64,000 nucleotides of DNA from Paramoeba atlantica. Lineage: Eukaryota > Protista > Discosea. The stretch spans positions 558,001 to 622,000 of the forward strand of contig CDRNVI010000053.1 of assembly GCA_977017575.1 (NCBI GenBank). The letters are read 5' to 3'. Below are positions 41,612-50,830 of this stretch, one piece after another (position 1 is the first letter of the stretch; every line of letters begins with the position of its first letter). Under the pieces are notes generated by a model. It worked only from the letters and a program-made list of their open reading frames with translations, was not told where the DNA came from and searched no databases. Both the position numbers and the translations under genes were made by a program.

Positions 41612-41929
41612 TGCCTTCATCGGGCAAGGCACTCATATGCTATGTCTGTTTTGCACAAATTTGGCACTAGATTGATGTTCTGATTCGCAAGGGAAAAAAA
41701 TGAGAGATACAGATTTCTGTATACTACATGAAAGGAAGACACATTTCACATGCCTTCATCGGGCAAGACACTCATATGCTATGTCTGTATTGCACAAATT
41801 TGGCACTAGATTAGCACATTTTATATGCATATTTAAAACATGTATAAATAAAGAACAAACATTTTATGTGCATTCATCGGGAAAGGCACTCATATGCTAT
41901 GTCTGTATTGCACAAATTTGGCACTAGAT
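41612..41929 (+). ncRNA. Three copies of a 61-bp hairpin; candidate AGA-box H/ACA-like guide RNAs
   Basis: Copies at 41612-41672, 41751-41811 and 41869-41929. Basal stem GTGCC/GGCAC followed by N-AGA, an internal loop, and upper stem GCAAGGCA/TGTTTTGC. The repeat itself is certain; the snoRNA call is inference. Confidence 0.45.
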
Positions 41930-42122
41930 AATCTAAGATTGATGTTCTGATATCACACAGCAAAACATTATGGGACGCAAGGTTTGATCAATAGTCGAAT
42001 AATGATAAATGTGTTTGGCTCAATTTCACCATCATGGACTTTTGCATACATAGTTGTACTGCATGCGCGGTTCTATTCTTCATTTCATAATAGACCGTAT
42101 ATTGTTTTTCGTACAGTTATAA

Positions 42123-43610
42123 ATGCACTGTCCTCTACACCGTTCCTATGGTAGGAACTTCTTTAGGCCGCGTGCTTACAGTCTCAGCATGAATCGCGTT
42201 CCGATTTATGGAAACTTTACCTTTTTCCGTTCATATTCGGAGGCGATGATGCTCTCTCAAAGTAATATCGAAAGGCCGCGCTACGATAATAAAGGCAGAC
42301 AACATGGACTTGATCGAGTATATAAACTTGGAGACTTAGAACCAGGAGACTGGATTTGTGTTGATTGTAAAACTATAAATTACCGTCGTCGAATCGATTG
42401 TCGCCGCTGCGGTAAATTGAATTCCTCAAAAGCATCGCATCCCATGGAAAATGCTGAGGATAAGATGCGAACTTGGGAATGCAAAAGATGTGGCTTACAC
42501 AATGAGATAGGATACGCAAAGTGCCGGCACTGTAACTCTAATTCGCCTCCTGGATTACTTTCCCCACGTGACGGTGACTGGATCTGCTCTTCCTGTTTCT
42601 TTTTCAACTTCGCCAAAGAAGAGAAATGCCAAAAATGTCATAAGGCACTTTCCGACGAAAAACGCATTTCTGTACAAGGGCCGAAACGTACACAAGTGTG
42701 TTCCTGGCGTTGTGTATGTCGACATCGAAATTTACACGGTTGCATGAAGTGCACTAAGTGTTTACTTGATATTCCGGCCGAAATCTCTGCTTTGATTAAG
42801 TGCACGCCACATTCCTTTACTTGTCACACGTGTCACATGTTAAATTTTATTCCACACCTAGTATGTTCCTTTTGCGGAACAACGCGAGCCGACAAAACGC
42901 CACCCTACGAAGTTCCTGGGTGCTGGAAATGCTCGCTGTGTAGCATGTGGTCCGCTCCTTTTAGGCCGAACTGTACACGATGCAACCGTCTTCGAGACCT
43001 TACATGCTTGGTGACTCCCTCTCAAAATTTAGCAAAATCGCCTCTTTTAGCAGGCAGACCGGGAGACTGGATGTGTCACTGTCGCAGATGTAATTTTTCC
43101 ACCATGCAGCATTGTCCACGGTGTCAAACGCCGAAGTCGGATGTCAGAAACAAACCCTTTGCTCCATCCGGTAATCATTGCCTAGTTAGTGACGAGACGT
43201 TTGCAATTGTGATGTATACCCAATTTTTGTTACCGCAGGGCTTTTGGTCTTGTCATTCCTGTGGGTGCGTCAATGCCATCTGGGTCAGCAAATGCTTGAA
43301 ATGCAATGAACCTTACTCGAATAACTCTCTCGCCACGGATGCCTCGTGTCATTGGACACTTCGCGAGTGCAGGCAAAAGAAAACTCCTGAAGAAGTTTAT
43401 AGTGGCATGAAAACATGGCAATGCAAATTTTGTGAAATTGAAAACAGTATTTTTCATGCTTTTTGTGTTAAATGCAGATCATTTAAAGTTCAGACTGATT
43501 TGTCGCTCCCTAGAGGCTATAAATATTGCACTTATTGTTCTCACATCAACTCACGCGCTAGAGGAAAATGCTTCAGATGTCCTGGTCTTTTAGAGTCTTC
43601 AAAGTCTTAA
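42123..43610 (+). CDS. Multi-RanBP2-type zinc finger protein (10 fingers), paralogue of 31290..32828
   Basis: Ten W/F-x-C-x2(1)-C...C-x2-C motifs. Both paralogues end CSHxNxRARxKCxRCxGL. Confidence 0.85.
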   Translation: MHCPLHRSYGRNFFRPRAYSLSMNRVPIYGNFTFFRSYSEAMMLSQSNIERPRYDNKGRQHGLDRVYKLGDLEPGDWICVDCKTINYRRRIDCRRCGKLNSSKASHPMENAEDKMRTWECKRCGLHNEIGYAKCRHCNSNSPPGLLSPRDGDWICSSCFFFNFAKEEKCQKCHKALSDEKRISVQGPKRTQVCSWRCVCRHRNLHGCMKCTKCLLDIPAEISALIKCTPHSFTCHTCHMLNFIPHLVCSFCGTTRADKTPPYEVPGCWKCSLCSMWSAPFRPNCTRCNRLRDLTCLVTPSQNLAKSPLLAGRPGDWMCHCRRCNFSTMQHCPRCQTPKSDVRNKPFAPSGNHCLVSDETFAIVMYTQFLLPQGFWSCHSCGCVNAIWVSKCLKCNEPYSNNSLATDASCHWTLRECRQKKTPEEVYSGMKTWQCKFCEIENSIFHAFCVKCRSFKVQTDLSLPRGYKYCTYCSHINSRARGKCFRCPGLLESSKS

Positions 43611-43740
43611 AATTCTTATTACGTAAGTACCGGGTACTACCCTCATTCGTACACTTGGTTACATGCCGTGTCTTGGGAAAGGAACGGTCTGCACAGGGTA
43701 TCTTTTTCTGGAAAAGGTCATAATATTCATCAATATTAAG

Positions 43741-43825
43741 ACGGAAATTAAGAAAACTTTAATTAAGGAAATAATTTCGTGTCACAAAGAAATCTTTCTT
43801 AATTAAAATCTTCCTTAATTTCCGT
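43741..43825. repeat. Imperfect 30-bp inverted repeat (ACGGAAATTAAG ... CTTAATTTCCGT)
   Basis: Terminal 12 bp are exact reverse complements, with a further TTTAATTAAG match. Confidence 0.7.
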
Positions 43826-44677
43826 TTCTACGGTTTTTTGAACTTATAATTATAATTATAATCACTTATGGATGTGAAACTGGTGAACCTGGAGGGGAGT
43901 AAAAGTTGTTATCTTAGCCACTTGCTATCACAAGTTCACATATAAGCGCTTCAAATAGATAATCGTTCTAATCCTATGTCAGTAAGGTTATCAAGCTCAT
44001 GAGGCATGGATGTTCTAGTGATTCTTCGGAACGTATATTGCCGATCACTTTGCCAAAGTGAGTTTCTAGAGCGCCTATAATTGTTTGACGTAGAACGCAC
44101 TCGTGCTCAAAAACGAGTTCATTGAACTTAAGAGTTTCATCCAGAGCGTGCTCTCGGTCACTTTCACTCATTTCGAAAATGGAGCGAAACCAGAGAACTT
44201 TTCTTTCAATCCACCTTTTTTATGGTCTAAAAACAACCTAAGTAAAGTCCACTACAGTAGAAAAGTGGCCGTTGTGGCTTGCACAAGTTGTCACTGGCTT
44301 GCAGTGGCAGTACGCATGAGGTCCATTAAGGAAAGTAGTGACAGAATTCTAGTGACAGGGTACTAGAAAATTAATAGAAATCACAAAAAAGAGGAATCGA
44401 AAAAATGAGGTTGACCCATATTCATATTTGGGGATATCTGAATTTGTTTTCCTAAAACAAAAAAAATATCGATCGAATCGGTCGAAGTTGCATTTATAAT
44501 TACTTATGAAAGACATAGGAATTATAAGTCATAAGAGAGTAAAAGTGTGAGTTCAAGGCGTATTTATAATTACTTATGGAGGGGGGAGTAGTATAGTATC
44601 ATAACATAATATATGTTTTTATGAAGAACTGCCCTTTGTGTTGGCTCGGATAAGGCTAATATTGCAACGGATATCTT

Positions 44678-46405
44678 ATGATAGAATCGCTGCAAGATCA
44701 CAGTGACAAGTGGAATCGGCCGCACTGGGGTAGCCTTTTGATGTATGTCATGGCCAGTATGGCTGCTGGAGGAGCCTATGCAACAATAATACGATTTCCG
44801 GCCCTAGCCTACCTGCACCACGGCATGCCTTTCTTTACAGCTTACAAAATTTGCCTTACGTGTTTGTGTTTTCCCATGATGATCCTTGAGGTGGGAATTG
44901 GTCAAGTGCAGCAAACCGGGTGCGTTGACGCACTCTCAGAAATTCATCCTCGTCTGTACGGAGCGGCGTTAGCATACGTGCTCGTCGGTAGTATATTCAG
45001 TACTGCTTATGCAGCTGTTGTTTTCTCGTGGAGCGAAATTTACATTTGGGAGGGCGCTTTTACGGCTAAAGAAAATCTTTTTAGCAACGTGCAACAAGCC
45101 GTGCATTTTTTTGAATCGTACGTGATGAAAGTGGACGCCCGTGCTACCGTGGTAGACGGATGGCATTTTCAATGGCACGTCTTGGTTGCCATATTTTTTC
45201 TATACTCTCTCGCAGCATGGGGGGTAGGAACCGGTATCGCCACCTGGCCGCGCACTCTCTTTATCAGCTTTCTCGTACCGTGTCTAGTTGTGCTCGCACT
45301 TCTTGGGGTGGTCCTTGCGGATCCTGGTTACCACCCCGGGCTTCGAGCCTTCTTTGTCATGGAGCCCAGTGTTATGTATAGCACGCAACTCTGGAGCGAC
45401 GCATTTAGCCAAGCGCTACTAAGTCTTGCATTGGGTAGAGGAATTATGTTAACATATGGTTCCTTTCACAAGCCAAGTCACAACAATCTTAAGTACTGTA
45501 CCTGGACAGTTCTATTGCAAAGCCTGCTTAGTTTTGCCGTTGGTCTTTGTACATTCGGTGTTCTCGGCACCATACCACCCGATACGTTGTTGACTGCTCC
45601 CTATCATGACCTCTATATTGCGTTTATTGTGTACCCTGTCCTGTGTGCTTCTCTTCCGCTCGGGGGTGTACTGCTTTCCGTATTTTTTCTTCTCCTGTTT
45701 TTCCTGGGAGTTGCCGCGCTTACTCCCGCCTTGCATACAATACAATCCCTCTTGCAGGCAAAATTTACTCACACCCATCCAGCTTTACTTTTGTCTCTCA
45801 TCTGTGTTCTTTGTGTTTCGATCAGCACGGTCTTTTGCTTTCCGTATTTGGGATATCGCCTACTCTTGTCGTTGGATATGCATCTCGTTGATTTCTGTTT
45901 GCCTTTTCATGCCCTTTCACTTAGCATCGGGGCGGGCTACATGTGGAGCTCGCACAGTATGGCACGAGAGGTACGCGAGCTGGGGCACAACGGTGTTCGA
46001 CGATTCCTTGATTACATTCCTGTGGGAGTGCAACATAGCATAGGGAATCTTCGCGAGGCATTAAGAAAAGTTGGAAAGAGGAACGTCGATGGCTTTCTGT
46101 TCCCTTTACTCATTAAAATGGTTCTTCCGGTGGTGTGTGCCTTAGCCATCACGGTCACGATTCGCACGGCGTGTAAAATATACCTCTGCGGTTCTCCGCA
46201 GTACTCTACTTCCACATATTTCATTGGCATCGGGATTTCGGGAATTACTGTTCTTCTCACTCTCGGAGGGTTAGTGTTCGGTGGGAACAGAGAAAAATTT
46301 CCATTGCCTTGGTCAGACGAACTGCGATGGGAGTCACTTGTTCACCACAAACGATTGCTTCCGTTTTCTTCTTTTGAAGCGGACACTTCGCAAGATTTAA
46401 TTTGA
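44678..46405 (+). CDS. SLC6/SNF (neurotransmitter:sodium symporter fold) transporter, divergent
   Basis: IIRFPALAY...PMMILEVGIGQ, WSDAFSQALLSLALGRGIMLTYGSF and LAFIVYP-like YIAFIVYP; about 12 TM segments. Confidence 0.8.
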   Translation: MIESLQDHSDKWNRPHWGSLLMYVMASMAAGGAYATIIRFPALAYLHHGMPFFTAYKICLTCLCFPMMILEVGIGQVQQTGCVDALSEIHPRLYGAALAYVLVGSIFSTAYAAVVFSWSEIYIWEGAFTAKENLFSNVQQAVHFFESYVMKVDARATVVDGWHFQWHVLVAIFFLYSLAAWGVGTGIATWPRTLFISFLVPCLVVLALLGVVLADPGYHPGLRAFFVMEPSVMYSTQLWSDAFSQALLSLALGRGIMLTYGSFHKPSHNNLKYCTWTVLLQSLLSFAVGLCTFGVLGTIPPDTLLTAPYHDLYIAFIVYPVLCASLPLGGVLLSVFFLLLFFLGVAALTPALHTIQSLLQAKFTHTHPALLLSLICVLCVSISTVFCFPYLGYRLLLSLDMHLVDFCLPFHALSLSIGAGYMWSSHSMAREVRELGHNGVRRFLDYIPVGVQHSIGNLREALRKVGKRNVDGFLFPLLIKMVLPVVCALAITVTIRTACKIYLCGSPQYSTSTYFIGIGISGITVLLTLGGLVFGGNREKFPLPWSDELRWESLVHHKRLLPFSSFEADTSQDLI

Positions 46406-46564
46406 TTCAAATGTACACTCACAGTGAGTGTAGTGAGTCACTACATACGAATAAAACAACAAACTTTCGAATTATACGAGCCTTAGAATCCATCTTTGGG
46501 GTGCATTTATTTTTTGGTCAACATTCCTCTTATTTCTTATCTCACATATTGACTTGATATACAC

Positions 46565-47296
46565 ATGCGCAGTAAACCAGAGGCAGCGCGAGACCACAAA
46601 AGAAAGCGATCACAGTTGCCGCCGAAGAATGCTTCCCCTGAGATACAAAGTAGAAAGGTCTCGACGCAGCCTCAACCGGCTCAAGCGCATGGAACATCGA
46701 ACAGCTCTGCTAACCTCCTGGAGACCAATTCCACTCACACGCGTCTCTCTATTCCTAATCCCCCTTTGACGTTGCCTTCCACACTTCAGACTCCACAAGG
46801 CCAAGTATTGCGACGTCCGCAAACTTATCTTGGTCAGCATCCTGGAGTCATTCGTCAAACGTTCTCCTTGGGTGCGACATCAAAGCGAGCCTCAGAACGT
46901 TCTCCCTCTCCGCTTGTTCCGACCCCGAGAAGTTCTCATCGATTTGACCCCAAAGGGTCTGCGATTTCGCGTCCTCCGTTTCCCACTCAAGTCTCGCGTC
47001 GGCAACCGATACTTCCGTTGGATTCGCTTGATGCTCAAATGGTTCGCACCGGGCCTCACCCTACCGTATACCGTCACGTGATCGCCGGAGCCGACCCACA
47101 GCAACTTGAACTGGACAGCACCAGCGCAACCCCCAGTTCTGGAATCCGAAATGTTCTCGGGAATGGACCCTTCTTTCCTAAATGCTCCCAAATAGATCCC
47201 GTACTCGAGGAACGGGGAAAACAGTGGACGAATGAAGTCGCAAACTTTTTTTCCGAAATTGATAAGCGTTCGTTAAATGTTTGTATATCCGAATAA
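46565..47296 (+). CDS. Disordered basic protein with a Sororin-like C-terminal motif
   Basis: KRKR-type N-terminus, S/P/T-rich body, C-terminal WTNEVANFFSEIDKRSLNV. Confidence 0.45.
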   Translation: MRSKPEAARDHKRKRSQLPPKNASPEIQSRKVSTQPQPAQAHGTSNSSANLLETNSTHTRLSIPNPPLTLPSTLQTPQGQVLRRPQTYLGQHPGVIRQTFSLGATSKRASERSPSPLVPTPRSSHRFDPKGSAISRPPFPTQVSRRQPILPLDSLDAQMVRTGPHPTVYRHVIAGADPQQLELDSTSATPSSGIRNVLGNGPFFPKCSQIDPVLEERGKQWTNEVANFFSEIDKRSLNVCISE

Positions 47297-47649
47297 TGGG
47301 GAATAGGGCTTCTTTGGCAAACAATTGATCGTGCCTATAAATATGAAGGTGCACTATGTGTCGCACAGTGACTAGGGTGTCTCATGACTACACGTTGGGT
47401 AGGCTATCGTTTTGTCAATTAGTCGATTTCTTGGTGAGATGTGTGCAAAGTAAAATTTTAGGCTGGCATTCCGAAGTTGTAGATGAAACCGAAAGCCTAC
47501 ATTGGTTACAACGAAAGACATGTGCAAAGTTACATGATAAGAGACATTCACCTCATTCTCTAGTAATTAGTAAGTTTTAGTCTGTCTCTGAATAGTCTAG
47601 TCTATTCTCTGAATAAATTTTGTTCTCCACATTCGGACAGTGATTTCTC

Positions 47650-47732
47650 AGCATAAAGAGCATTGAGTTATCTACACGGACAATACTACTAGAGCATAAA
47701 GAGCAATGAGTTATCTACACGGACAATACTAC
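47650..47732 (+). repeat. Tandem duplication of 40 bp (period 43)
   Basis: AGCATAAAGAGCA(T/A)TGAGTTATCTACACGGACAATACTAC at 47650 and 47693. Confidence 0.9.
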
Positions 47733-47843
47733 ACTCACATTGTATCAAACTAGTGGGAGCGTGAAGTATTTTATACTTCTCTTTTTTCAAATAGGGAATT
47801 AACTTCGAATATTTCTAATAATTTTTGCCTTTGGTCTGGTTTT

Positions 47844-48329
47844 ATGCCCTGGTTTTTAAGTTGGCGACGTATCGCATGTAGCGCCATGAGCGCGGGCCTT
47901 GCCGGCACTCAGTTGTATTGGATAGCAGCCTCTGAACTTCGGTTTCGCGACTCTCACACGTGGAAAAGCACTAAGGGTACTATAACGCGCAACTATTATG
48001 CCCCAGAAATGCTTGGTGCGACAAATTTGGAATATACTTTTGTCGTAGATGGAAAAGAATACCAAGGGAAACGATTAAGGAGTGGATCGATCTGGAATGA
48101 GGAAAGCCTTCAGCAACCACAATTCTTTCGCGAAGGATCTCCGACTGTTGTCTACTACGATCCGCATGATCCTACACAGAGTGCAATATCTTTAGCCCCG
48201 GATCGAGGTACACAATTTTTACTAGTCATAAACGTTCTGTGCGGTCTAACATTTGCTTATCGCGCTGTCCGATGTCCTGGGATCCTTCCTGGAACAACGC
48301 ATTACGCATGGAAACGAAACAAAGTTTGA
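47844..48329 (+). CDS. DUF3592-like membrane protein
   Basis: TM, then WKSTKGTI..YTFVVDGKEYQG..VVYYDPHDP, then a second TM. Confidence 0.65.
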   Translation: MPWFLSWRRIACSAMSAGLAGTQLYWIAASELRFRDSHTWKSTKGTITRNYYAPEMLGATNLEYTFVVDGKEYQGKRLRSGSIWNEESLQQPQFFREGSPTVVYYDPHDPTQSAISLAPDRGTQFLLVINVLCGLTFAYRAVRCPGILPGTTHYAWKRNKV

Positions 48330-48477
48330 CTTCCAGCTTTAATAGCTCAATAATTGTGGTTGGAAACTATTCGAAGTTGGACTCTTAAACGTAGTTCTTG
48401 TCATAATTTTATTTAATGGCTTTAACCGTCTCATTTAATTCCAGTTATACATTATTTTGAAGTATTAGTTACTCTTC

Positions 48478-48819
48478 ATGTCAAAGCATCACTCAGACAC
48501 ACTGTTGTGTCGGAAAAGAGTGGGCACAGCTCTTGGCAAAGTATGTTCCCGATGTGAAGGTAGATGTCCAATTTGTGACGCTCACTGCCGTTCAGAAACA
48601 GCTGTTCAAATATGCGACGAGTGTAATTTTCTAATGGGAATCCAAGAACCAAAATGCATCATATGCAATGCTAAAGGGGCTAGAGCGCAGGCGTATTACT
48701 GCCATGAGTGTACCATGCAAGGACTGGATAGAAATGGGTGTCCTCAGGTAGTTTCACTTGGTTCTGCTCGTCTAGATGCAATTTTTGAGAAGTCTCGAAA
48801 AGATCGCGAAAATAGATAA
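48478..48819 (+). CDS. PHF5A: U2 snRNP SF3b subunit PHF5A/RDS3
   Basis: MSKHHSD.LLCRK..G.A.GKVC.RCEGRCPICD, VQICDECNF, CIIC, AYYCHECT..G.DRNGCP. Confidence 0.93.
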   Translation: MSKHHSDTLLCRKRVGTALGKVCSRCEGRCPICDAHCRSETAVQICDECNFLMGIQEPKCIICNAKGARAQAYYCHECTMQGLDRNGCPQVVSLGSARLDAIFEKSRKDRENR

Positions 48820-49108
48820 AGAAGTCCACCTAATTTTCTAGCCTCTATTGTGACACTTTTGGAAACTCTTCACAATGAATCATACTTCACTATCACATGC
48901 TTCCTATCGCTCGATGGTGCTCCACAATGCTTGATTTCTCAACAAATCCTTCGGAGAGAACAGGCCGTTCTAATTTTTTTTATTTCTCAATAAAATCATA
49001 ACAAAAACATAGGTTATAATCGGTCATTCATTATTAAATTTATTAATGTGTGGCTTACGCCATTCTTAAACTGTTGCCATCTACTTCCGTTTTTCATTCA
49101 GACGCCCC

Positions 49109-50566
49109 ATGCTACGACACTTTTCCACAAACCGCCTCTCCTTTGAGGACTTAAACGACACTACGGAGGATTTCCTCCACGAACGCATCGCTCGCCGACC
49201 CTGTGTACTTGGACCCGGAACCGAATTCTTTCTCGATGGCAAACCCATCGAACCCATGCTCAGCTCCGCAACCATCACCAAAGCCTTCAGTGGGAGTCAC
49301 CTCGATTTAAGCGCCTTCAGTCCCGACCTCACCGACGACACCCTCGGCACCCCCGCCACCCCCCCACTCGGGTCACCCCCTTCCCTCACCCCTCTACGTC
49401 AAAACGACCCCTTCCGTTACCCCCACCCCCCCGACCCCCCCTCCCGTACCCCCGAAAAGCCCCACACCACCGCCGTCCTTGGGGCCCAAAACTACCTCGC
49501 GGGGTACACCATCCACGCCCTCCTCGAGCGCGGCCATGAGGTCCGGGTCATCGTCCCCGACCCCCCGACCCTCCGACGGCTGCGCCCCCTGCAGCAACGC
49601 GCCCGGGACGCCCACCGCCTCTCCCTCCACCTCCTCCCCGCCCCGGGCCCCGATGCGTCCTACGACGAGATCCTCTACGGGGTCGACACCGTGTTCGTTG
49701 TCCAGCACGCCGGGGCCGCCCACCTCCCCTCCCCCGGGGCCCTCGAGGCGTTCACCCGGGTCGTCGGGTCCCTCCGGCGGTGCAGGGAGCCCTCCCAGAG
49801 GGACCCGCGGCGCGTGGTGCTGACCGGGCCCTCGGTGAGTGCCGCGGGGGGGCGTCCGGGGACCGGGGAGGGGGGTGGGGGGGAGGGGGGTGGGGGTCAA
49901 ACGGTGTGGGAACCGTTCGAGGAGGTCGCGGCGGAGGCCCGGGTGGAGTGGGTGAGACTACAGCCCGGGTTGGTGATTGGACCGGTGGGGTGGGGGGATG
50001 TGGCGGATGCGACGAGGGTGGTGGAGGATTTGGTGATGGGTTCGGGGGGGTTTCCGTTTGCCCCGCGGACGGTGTGGAATTTTGTGGATGTGCGGGATTT
50101 GGCCGCGGCGAATGTTGCGGCGATGGAGAGTGCGCGGGTGGTACCGTACGCTTCGGTGGTGGGGGCGACGTTGACGTTGCCCCAGATTGGGCGATTTCTT
50201 ATTCAGCTCTACCCCTCGTTGCGCCCCCCTACCAGGGATGCGCCTCATTGGCTTACGATTGTGCTCACGCTGTGGCGTCACCCCCGGACGAACCTGCGAC
50301 GGTTGTGGCACAGTCTCGACAATCACCCCTCTGGTCTCGAGGAATCGGAGCAAAAAGATCTTTGTGTGCGCTATACCCCTTGGCAGCGTACAGTGGAGGA
50401 TATTGTAGATCAGTTGGTAGCGGAGGAGCTGCTGGTAGTTTCGCCGGAATCCACGAGTTCGTGGAGTTTTGCGTCGTATGGTGCCGGCATCGCAGCCATT
50501 CTTGGAGTGTTGTGCGGTGGTTGGAAGTTTTTAAACTGGCGCAGAAAATATGTGAAATCTGATTAA
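49109..50566 (+). CDS. NAD-dependent epimerase/dehydratase-fold (extended SDR) protein, degenerate, with a mitochondrial-type N-terminus and C-terminal TM
   Basis: AVLGAQNYLAGYTIHALLERGHEVRV (Rossmann fold, Gly motif eroded), PGLVIGP and FVDVRDLAAANVAAME. No YxxxK seen. Confidence 0.7.
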   Translation: MLRHFSTNRLSFEDLNDTTEDFLHERIARRPCVLGPGTEFFLDGKPIEPMLSSATITKAFSGSHLDLSAFSPDLTDDTLGTPATPPLGSPPSLTPLRQNDPFRYPHPPDPPSRTPEKPHTTAVLGAQNYLAGYTIHALLERGHEVRVIVPDPPTLRRLRPLQQRARDAHRLSLHLLPAPGPDASYDEILYGVDTVFVVQHAGAAHLPSPGALEAFTRVVGSLRRCREPSQRDPRRVVLTGPSVSAAGGRPGTGEGGGGEGGGGQTVWEPFEEVAAEARVEWVRLQPGLVIGPVGWGDVADATRVVEDLVMGSGGFPFAPRTVWNFVDVRDLAAANVAAMESARVVPYASVVGATLTLPQIGRFLIQLYPSLRPPTRDAPHWLTIVLTLWRHPRTNLRRLWHSLDNHPSGLEESEQKDLCVRYTPWQRTVEDIVDQLVAEELLVVSPESTSSWSFASYGAGIAAILGVLCGGWKFLNWRRKYVKSD

Positions 50567-50830
50567 TTTTATGACGGTGAGGTGGTCTACGGAGAGACGT
50601 TTATGTGTTACGCAATGATCTATCCTTGAATGAAAACTTAAATAATATTCAAGATATCGTTTTCCCTTCTTTTAGAATAAGATGCAAATGCTTCATTTTT
50701 TTTACAGACTATTTTTTTAGTAGGCATCATTATGGCTACAGTTTTAAATATTGCGGACTAACTATATTTTACACTACGGAGACAGCCCCTGGTTGGAAGT
50801 TTAGTTTCTTTTCCTCGTACTTTTTCTTTC

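Noticed and set aside
41612-41929. CRISPR-like repeat-spacer array
   Set aside because: Repeats are 61 bp, only three copies, with uneven spacers that partly resemble each other. There are no cas genes and the context is eukaryotic.
49394-50562. Overlapping alternative ORFs in the second island
   Set aside because: Same compositional artefact; no recognisable motifs.
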